Source of the DNA: a virus
Taxonomy: Duplodnaviria > Heunggongvirae > Uroviricota > Caudoviricetes
IMG/VR virus record: IMGVR_UViG_3300022555_000023
Coordinates: 8,095 to 72,094 of that record
Strand: one strand, 5' to 3'
DNA length: 64,000 nt
Position numbers and translations under genes: made by a program. The notes under the pieces are model-generated. The model did no database searches and was not told where the DNA came from. It saw nothing but the letters and a program-made list of their open reading frames with translations. Shown in pieces: positions 44,997-54,686 of the stretch (position 1 is its first letter; each line of letters begins with the position of its first letter).

Positions 44997-46211
44997 TTAC
45001 TTCTTTCCGAATCTAAGCCAAATATCACTGCCACTACCACAGGCCGGGCTGAACCAAACACGCTCGCGGCCCGCGTTCCCGCGAAGAAACTGCCCGCCCT
45101 TCTCTACCTTCTTGTTAGCCCCATCCTGACCCTGGTTTCCGTAGCCTCCTGCGGCTGTCCACGCGTGAACTGCCCATCCGTTCTGCTCAAGGATATCACC
45201 TTCCGGTGTATAGCCGCAGTACGCGATGCGGTAGATATTCGTGTCTTTGTTCGCTCGGCACCACGCGGGGTCGGTATGCTGGATGCACCACTCCTTGATC
45301 TTGGTGCTGATGTCGGCATCCTGATTTGTGTATAGGGTGCCGTTGAAGTTGGCATCAGCACCGTAGGGCGGGTCGAACATGATGCCTATTTTGCCCGTTC
45401 CCGTGAACGCGGGCGTCACGGCCCGCGACCAGTCACCGCTGAGGACTAATGTCTGTCGCATGCGGTACGACAGGGCTCGCATCCACGACTTGAGGTAGTC
45501 AAGCTCCTGCCGCAGCACGCCCCGGTTCCCCACGCAGGGCACGCTACAGGTGATGCCGTTGCCGTCCCGTCGCGGGTCGTCCTTCTCCAGGCACACAAGC
45601 TCGTCGTTGATGACGTACCACGGGCCGTCGCCGCTACAGAACCCACCGCCCAGCTTCATGCAGATGCCCCACAGCCACCACGCGCCGAGCTTCACGTCAC
45701 AGAAGTCGGTACTGCCGCCCACGAGCTTCCGCATGCGATCCCTGGATCGCGTGAGGTGCGAGTGGATGGCGTGCAGTTCCATCTCGGCCAGCATGATACC
45801 GTTGCAGATCTCAGCCACCTCGTCGGGATGACGGCTGATGGCCCTCCACGCGTTCACCAGGAGGGCATCGTAGTCGTTGAGGACTTCACGGCCCACCCAC
45901 GGCTGTGGTCGCACGAGGTACGTTGCTGCGGATCCCATGCACGGCTCGATATAGCAGTCGAGGGTCTTGGGATCCAGGCGACTCCATATCTCATTAGCGA
46001 CACCGCTTTTTCCGCCGAAGTACGGATAGGGGGCAACAAGTAGCTTCTCGTCCACGTTCCCGCTATCACCAATATGCCTGCGAGCAGGGGTCGCAATCGA
46101 GCGACGGACGAGGGTACGCTGGTCGGATGTCGGTTCTTCCGCGACGGGAACCTCCACGGACGAGATGATGCGGCGTCGTGTAGGTACGGTTTCGATATTT
46201 CGGCGTTCCAT
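44997..46211 (-). CDS. Dam-like (D12 class) N6-adenine DNA methyltransferase
   Basis: YPYFGGKSGVANEIW..YIEPCMGSAA..NDYDALLVN and catalytic DPPY (IMFDPPYGA). N-terminus MERRNIETVPTRRRII. Confidence 0.8.
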   Translation of the reverse strand: MERRNIETVPTRRRIISSVEVPVAEEPTSDQRTLVRRSIATPARRHIGDSGNVDEKLLVAPYPYFGGKSGVANEIWSRLDPKTLDCYIEPCMGSAATYLVRPQPWVGREVLNDYDALLVNAWRAISRHPDEVAEICNGIMLAEMELHAIHSHLTRSRDRMRKLVGGSTDFCDVKLGAWWLWGICMKLGGGFCSGDGPWYVINDELVCLEKDDPRRDGNGITCSVPCVGNRGVLRQELDYLKSWMRALSYRMRQTLVLSGDWSRAVTPAFTGTGKIGIMFDPPYGADANFNGTLYTNQDADISTKIKEWCIQHTDPAWCRANKDTNIYRIAYCGYTPEGDILEQNGWAVHAWTAAGGYGNQGQDGANKKVEKGGQFLRGNAGRERVWFSPACGSGSDIWLRFGKK

Positions 46212-46442
46212 TTACTTCGGCTTTCCTTTACTCCCTAGTTTAGACGCGGCCCATTCCAGTCGATCCTGGGCGACGCGAGCGATGCGTCGTAGCTCAGCCG
46301 AATCAAACCGGCTGGCCTGCATAACTTCAACAAACTCAACATCGGTTTTGGCCATCCGAGCCATATCAAGGGGATCGGTGGGCCACAGAGATTCACTGTG
46401 AATTCTGTTCGTGGGTTTGTGCGGCTGCGGCCTGGGCTTCAT
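46212..46442 (-). CDS. hypothetical protein
   Basis: 76-aa ORF. Confidence 0.55.
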   Translation of the reverse strand: MKPRPQPHKPTNRIHSESLWPTDPLDMARMAKTDVEFVEVMQASRFDSAELRRIARVAQDRLEWAASKLGSKGKPK

Positions 46443-46552
46443 GGTGATCTCCTATTCCATCGCCTGACTGCTTCGGTCAGGCCCGCGGCTGCGATCTTGG
46501 GATACCAGTAGCTCAGACAGTTCTTCTGAATGTTGTCGATGATACTACTCAT
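46439..46552 (-). CDS. small hypothetical protein (37 aa)
   Basis: AAGAGGA SD before ATG 46552. Confidence 0.35.
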   Translation of the reverse strand: MSSIIDNIQKNCLSYWYPKIAAAGLTEAVRRWNRRSP

Positions 46553-46682
46553 CGGAATCCTCTTCGTTACAGATTTCTTTGTGACCACAGTCGACGTTCC
46601 TCGCCTTTCTTCTTGTACGGGGCTCGATATAGTGATTTGCATACAGGGCAAGGTTGGCAACCGTACATATTGCTGTTTGCAT
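46545..46682 (-). CDS. small hypothetical protein (45 aa)
   Basis: MQTAICTVANLALYANHYIEP.., the tail of ORF 46545..46826. Confidence 0.35.
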   Translation of the reverse strand: MQTAICTVANLALYANHYIEPRTRRKARNVDCGHKEICNEEDSDE

Positions 46683-46699
46683 GGTCGTGCTTGATGATG

Positions 46700-46882
46700 T
46701 TACTCGCCAGCTTCGGCATGTCTCGTCACCCATGTCGCCCGGCGTACCCGTCGCTGGCGACGCTCGATGTCGTGGTGTCGCTGGCAGTACCGCCCGGCCA
46801 CGGCCTTCTCTGGGCACTTGATGCACAGACCGGCCCGCTGGTGCAGTATCTGGTACTTCCGCTGCCGCGATACATGTTCCAT
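46700..46882 (-). CDS. small CxxC..CxxH protein
   Basis: Trimmed to MEHVSRQRKY..CIKCPEKAVAGRYCQRHH. Confidence 0.5.
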   Translation of the reverse strand: MEHVSRQRKYQILHQRAGLCIKCPEKAVAGRYCQRHHDIERRQRRVRRATWVTRHAEAGE

Positions 46883-46884
46883 GA

Positions 46885-47106
46885 CTAACCTATACCCGGC
46901 ACCTGAATAGAGCAGACCGTGTCGTTCGGCGTCGTACTGCTCCACGTGTCGCCGCGTTCATGGCCGACCACGTATGCTTGCAGGAGGCTCAGGCCCTTCT
47001 GAATCACCAGGGATGGTGTAAGGTCGTAAGCATCGCACATGTGGTCGATGAAGGCTTCGGCTTCCGGTGTGAACTCTATTTCCATGATATTACATCCATT
47101 GTCCAA
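46885..47106 (-). CDS. hypothetical protein
   Basis: 73-aa ORF. Confidence 0.55.
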   Translation of the reverse strand: MDNGCNIMEIEFTPEAEAFIDHMCDAYDLTPSLVIQKGLSLLQAYVVGHERGDTWSSTTPNDTVCSIQVPGIG

Positions 47107-48949
47107 GGTGGGATCCGCTTTCGTCGCGGGTCACGGTAAGTACACCATCAAACAACCCGCTGTCCAGGCTGCGGTGATCGACGATAAAGATTCGTTTGTT
47201 TTCCACGCGGGCTCGCGTGCGTAGAAAGTCCAGCAAGTCGGCAACACCCTGCACGTTCAGGTGTGCTGTCGGCTCGTCCCATATCTCGCAGTCGCACATC
47301 ACGCCTGCGTAGTCGCTGACCAGCTTCATCATGCCAACCGTAGTCGCTATCCGCAGACGCTGCACCTCGCCGCCGCAGTATGATTCCCACTTCGACGCAA
47401 TCTCCGAACCCGGAGGTGCGATCATGGTCTGCATGCCGTGGGATAAAGTGCCGGCCTTGGTTTTGCGTTCGACGACGAACTCCACATTCCATCCGTCCAG
47501 GCCGAGGGTCGCCACGTCGCTGTTCACGTGCGTTTCAAGCTGACGGAGAGCGTCCTCCATGATGCTCAGCCGCAGGTTCTTGAAGCCGCGGGTGGCCCAG
47601 AACTCCATGAACCGCTCATTCCGCTTCGCCACCCGCAGGTCGAACAGGCAGTCCCGCATGCTTTCGCCGAGGGCTCGCATGTTCTCCAGAGTTTCCTCAT
47701 ATTCCAGGGTGCGTTCACCGCTGGCACTAGCAGTCGCCTCCAGCCTCGCGATATCGGCCCGCACATGACGCAGATCGGCCTCGGATTGCTCGCGGGCGGA
47801 ATCGGTGCGGCGTACCTGGGTCTCCATCTCCTGCCGGGACCGCTGGAGGGTACTGACCGTGCGGTCATGCCCCGCCACCGTCTGGCGGATTTCGGTGAGG
47901 GATCGGCGGGCCTCAGTTTCAACGGTCTCCAGTTCCTGCCGTTTGGTCTTGGCCGCGGCCACCTTGTTCGCCCGCGTTGCAAGCTCGGTGTCGAAATGAT
48001 CTCGCGACACCACCTGCCCGCACTCCACGCAGCGGGGGAATGCCCGCTTCAGGCGTTCTACCTCGCCGCTCAGGCGTATGATCTCGGTTTTCTGGGCGGT
48101 TACCTTGGCCGACGCCCCGGCCTGTGCCGCCACAAGGTCTTCCACCTGTATCTGGGCCTCACGTCTCGCCGCTGTGGCCTCGTCTACGGCCCGCTGGGCT
48201 ATGTGTACCTTTCGCCGCATCCAGGCCACGTCCCGCCGCATAGAGGCTATGTCGGCCTCGTATTGGGTCGCTTCGGCCTCCAGGCGTGTACGGTCTTCCT
48301 CAAGCTGACGGCGGCTGCGGGTGATAATGGCGTCGAGGCTCGCCAATCGGTCGGCCACCTCCTCGTAACGGCCCTTCACCTGGGCTTGGTTGGTGCTGGC
48401 CTCCGCCGCCTTGATGGCTGCGGCGTTAGCGGCGTCCCTGGCTCGGGCAGCACACTCCTGCCAATAGTCCAGGCCAAGAACGAAACTGAACAGGGCCAGT
48501 TTCTCGGCGGGTAGCAGGTCAACGAAGTGGCGGGCGAACTGCCCAACCAATGCTGCGAAGCTGAAGCAATCGAAGTTCAGACCGATGGCTTGGTTCGCTG
48601 CGTCCTGATCGATTTCCTGGCCGTCGAGGGTGATGCTTCCGGGCTGCGTAGACCGCCGCATGATATGCTGCTGGTTGCCCTTCAGGTACTTCACCTCGAC
48701 CGCAGATGATCGCGGCCCGTTCCACGATGCCACTTCCCCGCCACGCAGGCCGCGTGACGTCTTGCCATAGAAACACCACGGGATGGACTCGACGAGGGTA
48801 GACTTGCCCGCACCGTTGGAATGTAGCTGGGGGGCGACGGTGTTGTCACCCCCAATCATGTATAATCCGGGACGTTCAGGAAGAACCCAGCGTGTTTCCT
48901 CGGCGAACGACTTGAATCCCTTCAGGGTGACTTCCTGTATATGCATCAT
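47090..48949 (-). CDS. Rad50/SbcC-like SMC-type recombination ATPase
   Basis: Walker A SNGAGKST, long coiled coil with a central CVECGQ hook-like CxxC, and C-terminal Walker B/D-loop RIFIVDH. Confidence 0.8.
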   Translation of the reverse strand: MMHIQEVTLKGFKSFAEETRWVLPERPGLYMIGGDNTVAPQLHSNGAGKSTLVESIPWCFYGKTSRGLRGGEVASWNGPRSSAVEVKYLKGNQQHIMRRSTQPGSITLDGQEIDQDAANQAIGLNFDCFSFAALVGQFARHFVDLLPAEKLALFSFVLGLDYWQECAARARDAANAAAIKAAEASTNQAQVKGRYEEVADRLASLDAIITRSRRQLEEDRTRLEAEATQYEADIASMRRDVAWMRRKVHIAQRAVDEATAARREAQIQVEDLVAAQAGASAKVTAQKTEIIRLSGEVERLKRAFPRCVECGQVVSRDHFDTELATRANKVAAAKTKRQELETVETEARRSLTEIRQTVAGHDRTVSTLQRSRQEMETQVRRTDSAREQSEADLRHVRADIARLEATASASGERTLEYEETLENMRALGESMRDCLFDLRVAKRNERFMEFWATRGFKNLRLSIMEDALRQLETHVNSDVATLGLDGWNVEFVVERKTKAGTLSHGMQTMIAPPGSEIASKWESYCGGEVQRLRIATTVGMMKLVSDYAGVMCDCEIWDEPTAHLNVQGVADLLDFLRTRARVENKRIFIVDHRSLDSGLFDGVLTVTRDESGSHLGQWM

Positions 48950-48964
48950 TTCTCCTTGAACCGA

Positions 48965-49312
48965 CTACCACGTGCGGTAGATGATCGGGTCGTCCACCCA
49001 CACCACGCGGCGGGTATATCCGTGACGTTGCTCGATGTAAGACGGCGGCTGAACTTGCTTCTTGCAGTTTCGCTGCTCGATACGGGACGGCGGCTGTACC
49101 TGATGCCAGACACCGCACTCGCCGCACTTCCGCCACTCGGGAGCAGGAACCACGGTGATCTCATACGTTGATTCCACCCACACCGGGGCCGGATAGACGG
49201 TGACGTTGTATGTCGTCTCGTCCCACACCTCTTGCCACGCCGCATTCGCCGTTCCGCAAAGCAGCATCATGGCACAAATCAAACCAGCAAACCACTTCAT
49301 GATGACCTCCAC
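48965..49312 (-). CDS. secreted protein with short internal repeats
   Basis: Signal-like MKWFAGLICAMMLLCGTANA. VQPPSRIEQR/VQPPSYIEQR duplication. Confidence 0.6.
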   Translation of the reverse strand: MEVIMKWFAGLICAMMLLCGTANAAWQEVWDETTYNVTVYPAPVWVESTYEITVVPAPEWRKCGECGVWHQVQPPSRIEQRNCKKQVQPPSYIEQRHGYTRRVVWVDDPIIYRTW

Positions 49313-49346
49313 AAGTTAGTATAGACCGACTGCCGCCGGCGTTCAA

Positions 49347-49646
49347 TCAACCACTACCGTCGCGGTAGTTTATTTCGTTATCGTCGTCATCTCCACCCGC
49401 AGACGCGTGCAGTAGCACGGCCTCACGTATGCCGCATGCAGCCGCCTGCTGAAAGAACCTAATTGCCTGGTCGGGGAACTCCGTGAACCGCCGGCGTACT
49501 GATTCCACGTCCTCGGTAGCCAGCCAGTTAAATAGGAAGTCCTGCACAGCATCATCTGTTTTCTCCCAGACGCTGCGTAGCTCCTCCAGAGCCATGTCCT
49601 GGTTCGACCGGCCACGCAGGAAAGCAATGCGTTCGTCTTCATTCAT
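49347..49646 (-). CDS. hypothetical protein
   Basis: 99-aa ORF. Confidence 0.6.
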   Translation of the reverse strand: MNEDERIAFLRGRSNQDMALEELRSVWEKTDDAVQDFLFNWLATEDVESVRRRFTEFPDQAIRFFQQAAACGIREAVLLHASAGGDDDDNEINYRDGSG

Positions 49647-49882
49647 GATTTCACCTCAGCCGCGTATGCGGCGTCCTCCTCGGCCTGGTTTCGTAAACCA
49701 AGCTCGACGTCCCATGTATTACCTCGTTGTAGGCTACACCACATGAACGATACATTCTTCCCACTATCGGTTTTTACTACATAAGTTTTACCGCTAGGTC
49801 CGCACTCATCGATAACGCCATGTAGCCCACGATGTTCCGCGGGATCGCATAGGACTTCTTCGCCTACACTGAACGTAGTCAT
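49643..49882 (-). CDS. hypothetical protein
   Basis: 79-aa ORF, 4-nt overlaps. Confidence 0.55.
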   Translation of the reverse strand: MTTFSVGEEVLCDPAEHRGLHGVIDECGPSGKTYVVKTDSGKNVSFMWCSLQRGNTWDVELGLRNQAEEDAAYAAEVKS

Positions 49883-50175
49883 GATTTCTTTTTCCCACCT
49901 CGGCGTTCCTCAATCCAGCCTGTAGCCCACTTCCGAGTCACATTCTCCAGAGCCTCACTAGCCAGCTTGGATTCCTTCGCTATGCGGGTCACGTCCTTCG
50001 TCATCTTCTTGGCGATCACGTCGCCGTGCTTGGCCATGATTCGCATGTAGCTGGCATGGCTCGCGAGCTTACCCACTCCCTCAGCCAGAGCGTAACGGAT
50101 GGTGTTCAACTGCGACAGAGTCATGGTCAAGGTGACCACGCTGGTTCGTTTGCTAGAATCAACGCTGATCTTCAT
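49879..50175 (-). CDS. hypothetical protein
   Basis: 98-aa ORF. Confidence 0.55.
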   Translation of the reverse strand: MKISVDSSKRTSVVTLTMTLSQLNTIRYALAEGVGKLASHASYMRIMAKHGDVIAKKMTKDVTRIAKESKLASEALENVTRKWATGWIEERRGGKKKS

Positions 50176-50468
50176 GATCTGCCCCGCTTTTTCTGTTCCG
50201 GATTACCAGTTCGCACTGCCCGATGCCGTTCACCCATACGTTCCAGCACCATATCAGCCAGCGTGCCCTTAACCCAGGACCGCTTGGCGAAGAACTCGAT
50301 TCTCAGTCGGGTTGCCGGAGGCGAGCAGCCGTTGTGATCGAAGAACGGTGTCTCGTTGCAAAAGTCGCCAACCTGATATTCCTTACCCCGATAGTAGATC
50401 GGGTCTTGGCCGCACCCAAGTGCGTCCAGAATATAGGCGGCCACCTCGGCTGTAACGTAGTTCGTCAT
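50172..50468 (-). CDS. hypothetical protein
   Basis: 98-aa ORF. Confidence 0.55.
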   Translation of the reverse strand: MTNYVTAEVAAYILDALGCGQDPIYYRGKEYQVGDFCNETPFFDHNGCSPPATRLRIEFFAKRSWVKGTLADMVLERMGERHRAVRTGNPEQKKRGRS

Positions 50469-50830
50469 GATTGGTCTTTCTTCTCTCGCCGGGCTGCTAT
50501 CAGCTTATGCAAAGCATGCCGGGCAGGCGACTGTGGGTCTTTGACCTTCTCGACAGCATCCTTCGACTCCTGGCGGCGGGTCTTGCGTGCTTTGCTGATC
50601 TTCGCCTGGTCGCCGGCATCCAGAAGTTCTACGATGCGGACAGCCAATTCGGTGTAGCGGGCCGCAATAAGATCAGCATGAGCAATCCTACCCGCAGCCA
50701 CCTCCTCGCTGGTCTTGCCAGCGGCGAGATCCTTCCGGACGTATCGCTTCGAGTGTCGCCGATAAGCTCGGGCTTGTTGCAGGGCCGCAAGCGTCGTCAG
50801 CAAATCGTAGCGGGACAGGTGCAGGAACAT
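50465..50830 (-). CDS. hypothetical protein
   Basis: 121-aa ORF. Confidence 0.55.
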   Translation of the reverse strand: MFLHLSRYDLLTTLAALQQARAYRRHSKRYVRKDLAAGKTSEEVAAGRIAHADLIAARYTELAVRIVELLDAGDQAKISKARKTRRQESKDAVEKVKDPQSPARHALHKLIAARREKKDQS

Positions 50831-51183
50831 CAGCGGCTACTCCGGGTCGATTCGGCCATAATGATTTCGCGGCAAAAACTACATGTGTGGGAGTAAAACA
50901 CGGCGTTCACGCACCCACATCGAACACAGGTCTCGTCTACAGAAACTCCACGCCTTATCAGACACTCGTAGCCGTCAGCGTTGGACGTTAGATCATCCAC
51001 GGCGATCCAGTATTCGGACGTTCCGCGGCTCGCACACCACACGTCCCAGTTCAGGTACAGATCGCCGGGCTTCACCGCACCACGCCATACACGATAGTGT
51101 CCTATCGGCAGTTCAATGACCGCTGGTTTGCCCTCCCGTAGTGGATCGTTGCCGAACTCCTGCGTGATGACCAAGGTATTCAT
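50830..51183 (-). CDS. hypothetical protein
   Basis: 117-aa ORF, C-terminal CVRCGC..CSFC. Confidence 0.55.
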   Translation of the reverse strand: MNTLVITQEFGNDPLREGKPAVIELPIGHYRVWRGAVKPGDLYLNWDVWCASRGTSEYWIAVDDLTSNADGYECLIRRGVSVDETCVRCGCVNAVFYSHTCSFCREIIMAESTRSSR

Positions 51184-51404
51184 CGTTTGCCTCCGATGTT
51201 CACGCCAAACATGGTTTCACCGTGCAGGCAGCGGCAGCACGGGCACATGCACGCAGGCTGGCACGGCATGTTGCCAGGATGACCGATATAGCCCTTGTGG
51301 CCACAGCCTAGATACATGCACTGCACGCCGGTGCTGCCGTCATCCAGCTTGCAGGCCCGGTACGATGGGAAACCCGAAGGTGCTGTGCCGTCGCCGATGA
51401 TCAT
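51180..51404 (-). CDS. small Cys-rich protein
   Basis: 74 aa with 10 Cys. Confidence 0.5.
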   Translation of the reverse strand: MIIGDGTAPSGFPSYRACKLDDGSTGVQCMYLGCGHKGYIGHPGNMPCQPACMCPCCRCLHGETMFGVNIGGKR

Positions 51405-51847
51405 ACTTGCCTCTCGACGTAAGTTGTGGAATCTCCCCAGGCCACGCCGGTCATATCCATGCTGATTAATCCTGCCTTGCGAACGTAATGCGTCACCAGC
51501 AAGTCGTTCTCAGGTTCGGGCAGGTAACCTATCGGCAGGCCCAGTTCCGCAGCGAAGAGTCGCTCCTCTCGCAGACCGACCGATTCCTGCCATCCCTCGA
51601 TCTCCGTGATCAGCATCGCCTGGCTACGTTCCAGCATCATGTGGTCGAACCGCTTCCAGTATTCCCAGTCCAGAGGCAGCCCGTGGGCCACAGCAATTGG
51701 GTGAGCATGCACGATAGGTGCGAACACGAAGCACCCGGCCCGCTTCAGAATCGATGCGCAGTGCGTCACGATCTCAAACCGCCGTCGCCTCACATCAGCG
51801 TCCTTGTGCGTGTACGGCGACGATAGGTAGATCAGCTTCCCTGTCAT
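51401..51847 (-). CDS. DUF1937 / nucleoside 2-deoxyribosyltransferase-like protein
   Basis: IYLSSPYTH..VFAPIVHAHP..W..D..GWQESVGLREE pattern. Confidence 0.5.
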   Translation of the reverse strand: MTGKLIYLSSPYTHKDADVRRRRFEIVTHCASILKRAGCFVFAPIVHAHPIAVAHGLPLDWEYWKRFDHMMLERSQAMLITEIEGWQESVGLREERLFAAELGLPIGYLPEPENDLLVTHYVRKAGLISMDMTGVAWGDSTTYVERQV

Positions 51848-52149
51848 TCTTCGTTACTCCCTAATCCCATGCCCGGCCTTACGCATGGCGGTACGGGCAA
51901 ATGATCGACGGTGCAGACCGTGTGGAACTCGCTGTGCTGCCCACGCGTCGTAACCTTGGATCCCAGGTAACTGGCGAGGTTCTCGGTAACCTCCTCCTGC
52001 GTTGCCTTCTTGCTCGTGTATAACTTCAACACCTTGCGAATCTCCTCAACCATGATTTCTCTGGTGAGGGTGATGTCCACCTCGTAGCAGTCAACGTCAT
52101 CGTTGATGGGACTGATGCATCTCAGGTCGGTGGTGTGTGTTACAATCAC
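51844..52149 (-). CDS. hypothetical protein
   Basis: 101-aa ORF. Confidence 0.55.
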   Translation of the reverse strand: MIVTHTTDLRCISPINDDVDCYEVDITLTREIMVEEIRKVLKLYTSKKATQEEVTENLASYLGSKVTTRGQHSEFHTVCTVDHLPVPPCVRPGMGLGSNEE

Positions 52150-52490
52150 AGCCCGCGCCTCCCTAGTATGCGACGGATGTCGGAAACTCCACTAATCGTG
52201 TTACCAACATTCCGAAACGGGGTCATGTTCCCTGGACGCAAACCGGATGAATTCGTCATCGGCGGTATTGGTTCCAGTTCCCGTTCCTCGGTGATCGGAG
52301 GCCCGCCCACGATGTTACCGTTTCGATTCTTCGCCGGGCGGGCAAGCAAATGCGTCACGGTGTCGTAACGAAGCACGTCGACCTGCTGACGGGTAGTTTT
52401 GTCCCGCACGCCGCGTCGCCATTCAGCAGGAATAGGGACGACATTGTCGTTGTCGTCGAATGCATGTCCCACCTCCCAGTCGATCAGCAT
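52146..52490 (-). CDS. hypothetical protein
   Basis: 114-aa ORF. Confidence 0.55.
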   Translation of the reverse strand: MLIDWEVGHAFDDNDNVVPIPAEWRRGVRDKTTRQQVDVLRYDTVTHLLARPAKNRNGNIVGGPPITEERELEPIPPMTNSSGLRPGNMTPFRNVGNTISGVSDIRRILGRRGL

Positions 52491-52741
52491 GACTTCAGTC
52501 TCTTTGCTATCGCGTCCAGTTCATCGAGCTTAGCCTTTAACCCACGCCACGCCTGAAGTTCGGTATCGGCCATGAACCCTTGATCCTTCAAGCCGTCGCT
52601 CCACGCGACATAAACCCAATACCGACCGTTGGCGTACCGCGTAATATCGTAATTAGAGAATCCGGGCAGCTTCATGCACTGCCGCTTGATGCTGTTGATC
52701 TCGTTGGCTGGTGCCCGTCTACTTGTTCCCATTGCCGACAC
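52484..52741 (-). CDS. hypothetical protein
   Basis: 85-aa ORF, start GTG 52741 or ATG 52732. Confidence 0.55.
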   Translation of the reverse strand: MSAMGTSRRAPANEINSIKRQCMKLPGFSNYDITRYANGRYWVYVAWSDGLKDQGFMADTELQAWRGLKAKLDELDAIAKRLKSC

Positions 52742-52765
52742 CTTACAGGTTATTTCTTATGCTAT

Positions 52766-52773
52766 CCAGACAC
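52766..52773 (-). promoter_or_regulatory. GTGTCTGG junction motif
   Basis: 13 nt after stop 52787, 24 nt upstream of start 52741. Confidence 0.5.
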
Positions 52774-52786
52774 TTGGCTGTCCGCG

Positions 52787-53149
52787 TCAGCCGCCACGCC
52801 GATAGTCGCGGGCGGCTTCATTGTAGCCAGCCGCGTTGCCCTCGGCAATCACGTCCTGTAGAAACCACCAGTACTTCTTCTTGATTTCCTGCCAGGCCGT
52901 CTCACCAGCAATCAGCTTGGCGTACACTTCATCATTCGTCCCATCACACTCCAGGCAAACGAACGGGTTGCCGCCCGGAACGCCAAGCTGGCAACACTGC
53001 GGCGTATTGGTCATGATGAACCGCAGTACATCGCCCTCCACGAAGTCATGCCCGCACAGGGCACAGGCAAACTGGCGATGCCTCGACCACGCCACCACTG
53101 TTGCGGCGTCAACTACATGCTGCTCTCCGTCGCACATTCCCCTGGGCAT
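52787..53149 (-). CDS. Cys-rich hypothetical protein
   Basis: 120-aa ORF, CALCGH..CLEC. Confidence 0.6.
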   Translation of the reverse strand: MPRGMCDGEQHVVDAATVVAWSRHRQFACALCGHDFVEGDVLRFIMTNTPQCCQLGVPGGNPFVCLECDGTNDEVYAKLIAGETAWQEIKKKYWWFLQDVIAEGNAAGYNEAARDYRRGG

Positions 53150-53151
53150 GA

Positions 53152-53511
53152 TTAATCCAACCGTTCTACCTTGTCCACAGTGTACTGCGATCCCTGCTGG
53201 GCCGGTGCAATCATGTACTGGTGATAATGAATCTTGACCTTGTGTCCGTCCAGGGCTTCCAGTTGCTGGCCGATGCCGTCGTCGCGGCTGGAGAACTCGA
53301 ACACATTCGTGCCCTTGTCCTCGCCGGACTTCCGCAAGTTGAAGTCGGACAGCTTCAGTTCGCCCTCCCAGGACTTCCAGATCACGCCCTTATTACTGAT
53401 CTTGTAAAGCTCGCCTGTACGCGAACCATCCGAATACTCGGGCATGAAACCGCCGCCTAGCTTGATGGCGGCACAGGACGGGATGAGAATTAGGGCTGCG
53501 ATAATAACCAC
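53152..53511 (-). CDS. lipoprotein
   Basis: VVIIAALILIPSCAA lipobox. The true start may lie upstream, because AAGGAG sits at about 53570 with no canonical start codon. Confidence 0.55.
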   Translation of the reverse strand: MVIIAALILIPSCAAIKLGGGFMPEYSDGSRTGELYKISNKGVIWKSWEGELKLSDFNLRKSGEDKGTNVFEFSSRDDGIGQQLEALDGHKVKIHYHQYMIAPAQQGSQYTVDKVERLD

Positions 53512-53615
53512 GATGCCCAGCTTGGCATTGCCGTCGAGGCGTCTGGGGGACTGATAGGAACGCGTAATGATCTCCTTGGGTCTGGTGTGCCTCGCGTTAC
53601 GTTACGCCCGGCTGA

Positions 53616-54686
53616 TCATTCAGACACAGATGATTCTAGACGTCGCCGCGTCAATTGCCGGCCTACGGTTTCCTCCGGGTTGGCCCGTGGAAACTGCGGG
53701 CCGGCCAAGCACGCCTTGCCCGCTGCCTTCAGGTCGTCGCTGATCTGGTCGGCGTTGCTGGCGCAGTAGTGATTGAACAGGTCACCGGGCGGCAGACGCC
53801 GGGCGGCCAAGTCCATCGGGCTCATGTGGTGAACATCGCGTTCCACGAGCCTGCACCCGCACAGCACGGCCCTTTGGCGTTCGGCAAACTCCTGCACCCG
53901 CCGGCGGCACTCGTTCCAGGTGTCAAACTCGGCCCGCTTCAGCCGCACCTCGATCTTGATCATGTCGCCGGGGTTCACCCGCATATCGGTAAGCCGGTCG
54001 GTGCCATCGATGACCAGCTTCCGCTTGGCCGGGAACGGCGGGTTGATATCCTCGTAGTCCCGACCACTGTCGAAGATCACCCGCGGTATGTATTCATCGC
54101 CGAAGTCAACGTGGTACGGTGCCCCGACATACTCGATGTTCGCCAGCCGCTGCGGAACATGAACGTCCCCGCAGTATACCCTCGCCCGCGTACCCGAGAA
54201 CGTCGAAGTCGGCAGGCCATCTAAACGCTTCCCGCCGCCGATACTGGCCCCGTGGAATGTCTGGTGGGCGAATATGTAGTCGAAGTCGGACATCCTGTAG
54301 CCTTCGGCGTACTGCCGCACAGCCCGCGTGTGAGGCAGGAACAGGCACTTGGACTCGCCGAGGGTGCGCTTGGTAGGCTCCAGAAAGAACTCCACGCCCG
54401 TATGCCGCAGCCAACGGAAGTAGGGCACGTCGGGGTTCACGTAATCGTGGTTGCCCATCAGAACGATAGTCGGAGCGGCGTCGTCGAGGAGTTTCAGCCC
54501 ATCGGCAATAGCGTTCGCCAGGGCCGAAGAGTGTCGATCCTTGGATTCCGTCAAATCCCCAAGGATTATGATATAGTTCACGTGCCGCCGCGTCGCCTCA
54601 CCCGCCAGCCACTCAAAGATTCTCAATCGATAGGCGTCTCGCAGGTTATCGGTCTCGTGCAGGTCGCTGGCTATCAGTAAGTTCAT
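53616..54686 (-). CDS. Mre11/SbcD-like metallophosphoesterase nuclease
   Basis: LIASDLHE, ILGDLTE, MGNHD and FAHQTFHGA calcineurin-like motifs. C-terminus ..LTRRRLESSVSE*. Confidence 0.8.
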   Translation of the reverse strand: MNLLIASDLHETDNLRDAYRLRIFEWLAGEATRRHVNYIIILGDLTESKDRHSSALANAIADGLKLLDDAAPTIVLMGNHDYVNPDVPYFRWLRHTGVEFFLEPTKRTLGESKCLFLPHTRAVRQYAEGYRMSDFDYIFAHQTFHGASIGGGKRLDGLPTSTFSGTRARVYCGDVHVPQRLANIEYVGAPYHVDFGDEYIPRVIFDSGRDYEDINPPFPAKRKLVIDGTDRLTDMRVNPGDMIKIEVRLKRAEFDTWNECRRRVQEFAERQRAVLCGCRLVERDVHHMSPMDLAARRLPPGDLFNHYCASNADQISDDLKAAGKACLAGPQFPRANPEETVGRQLTRRRLESSVSE

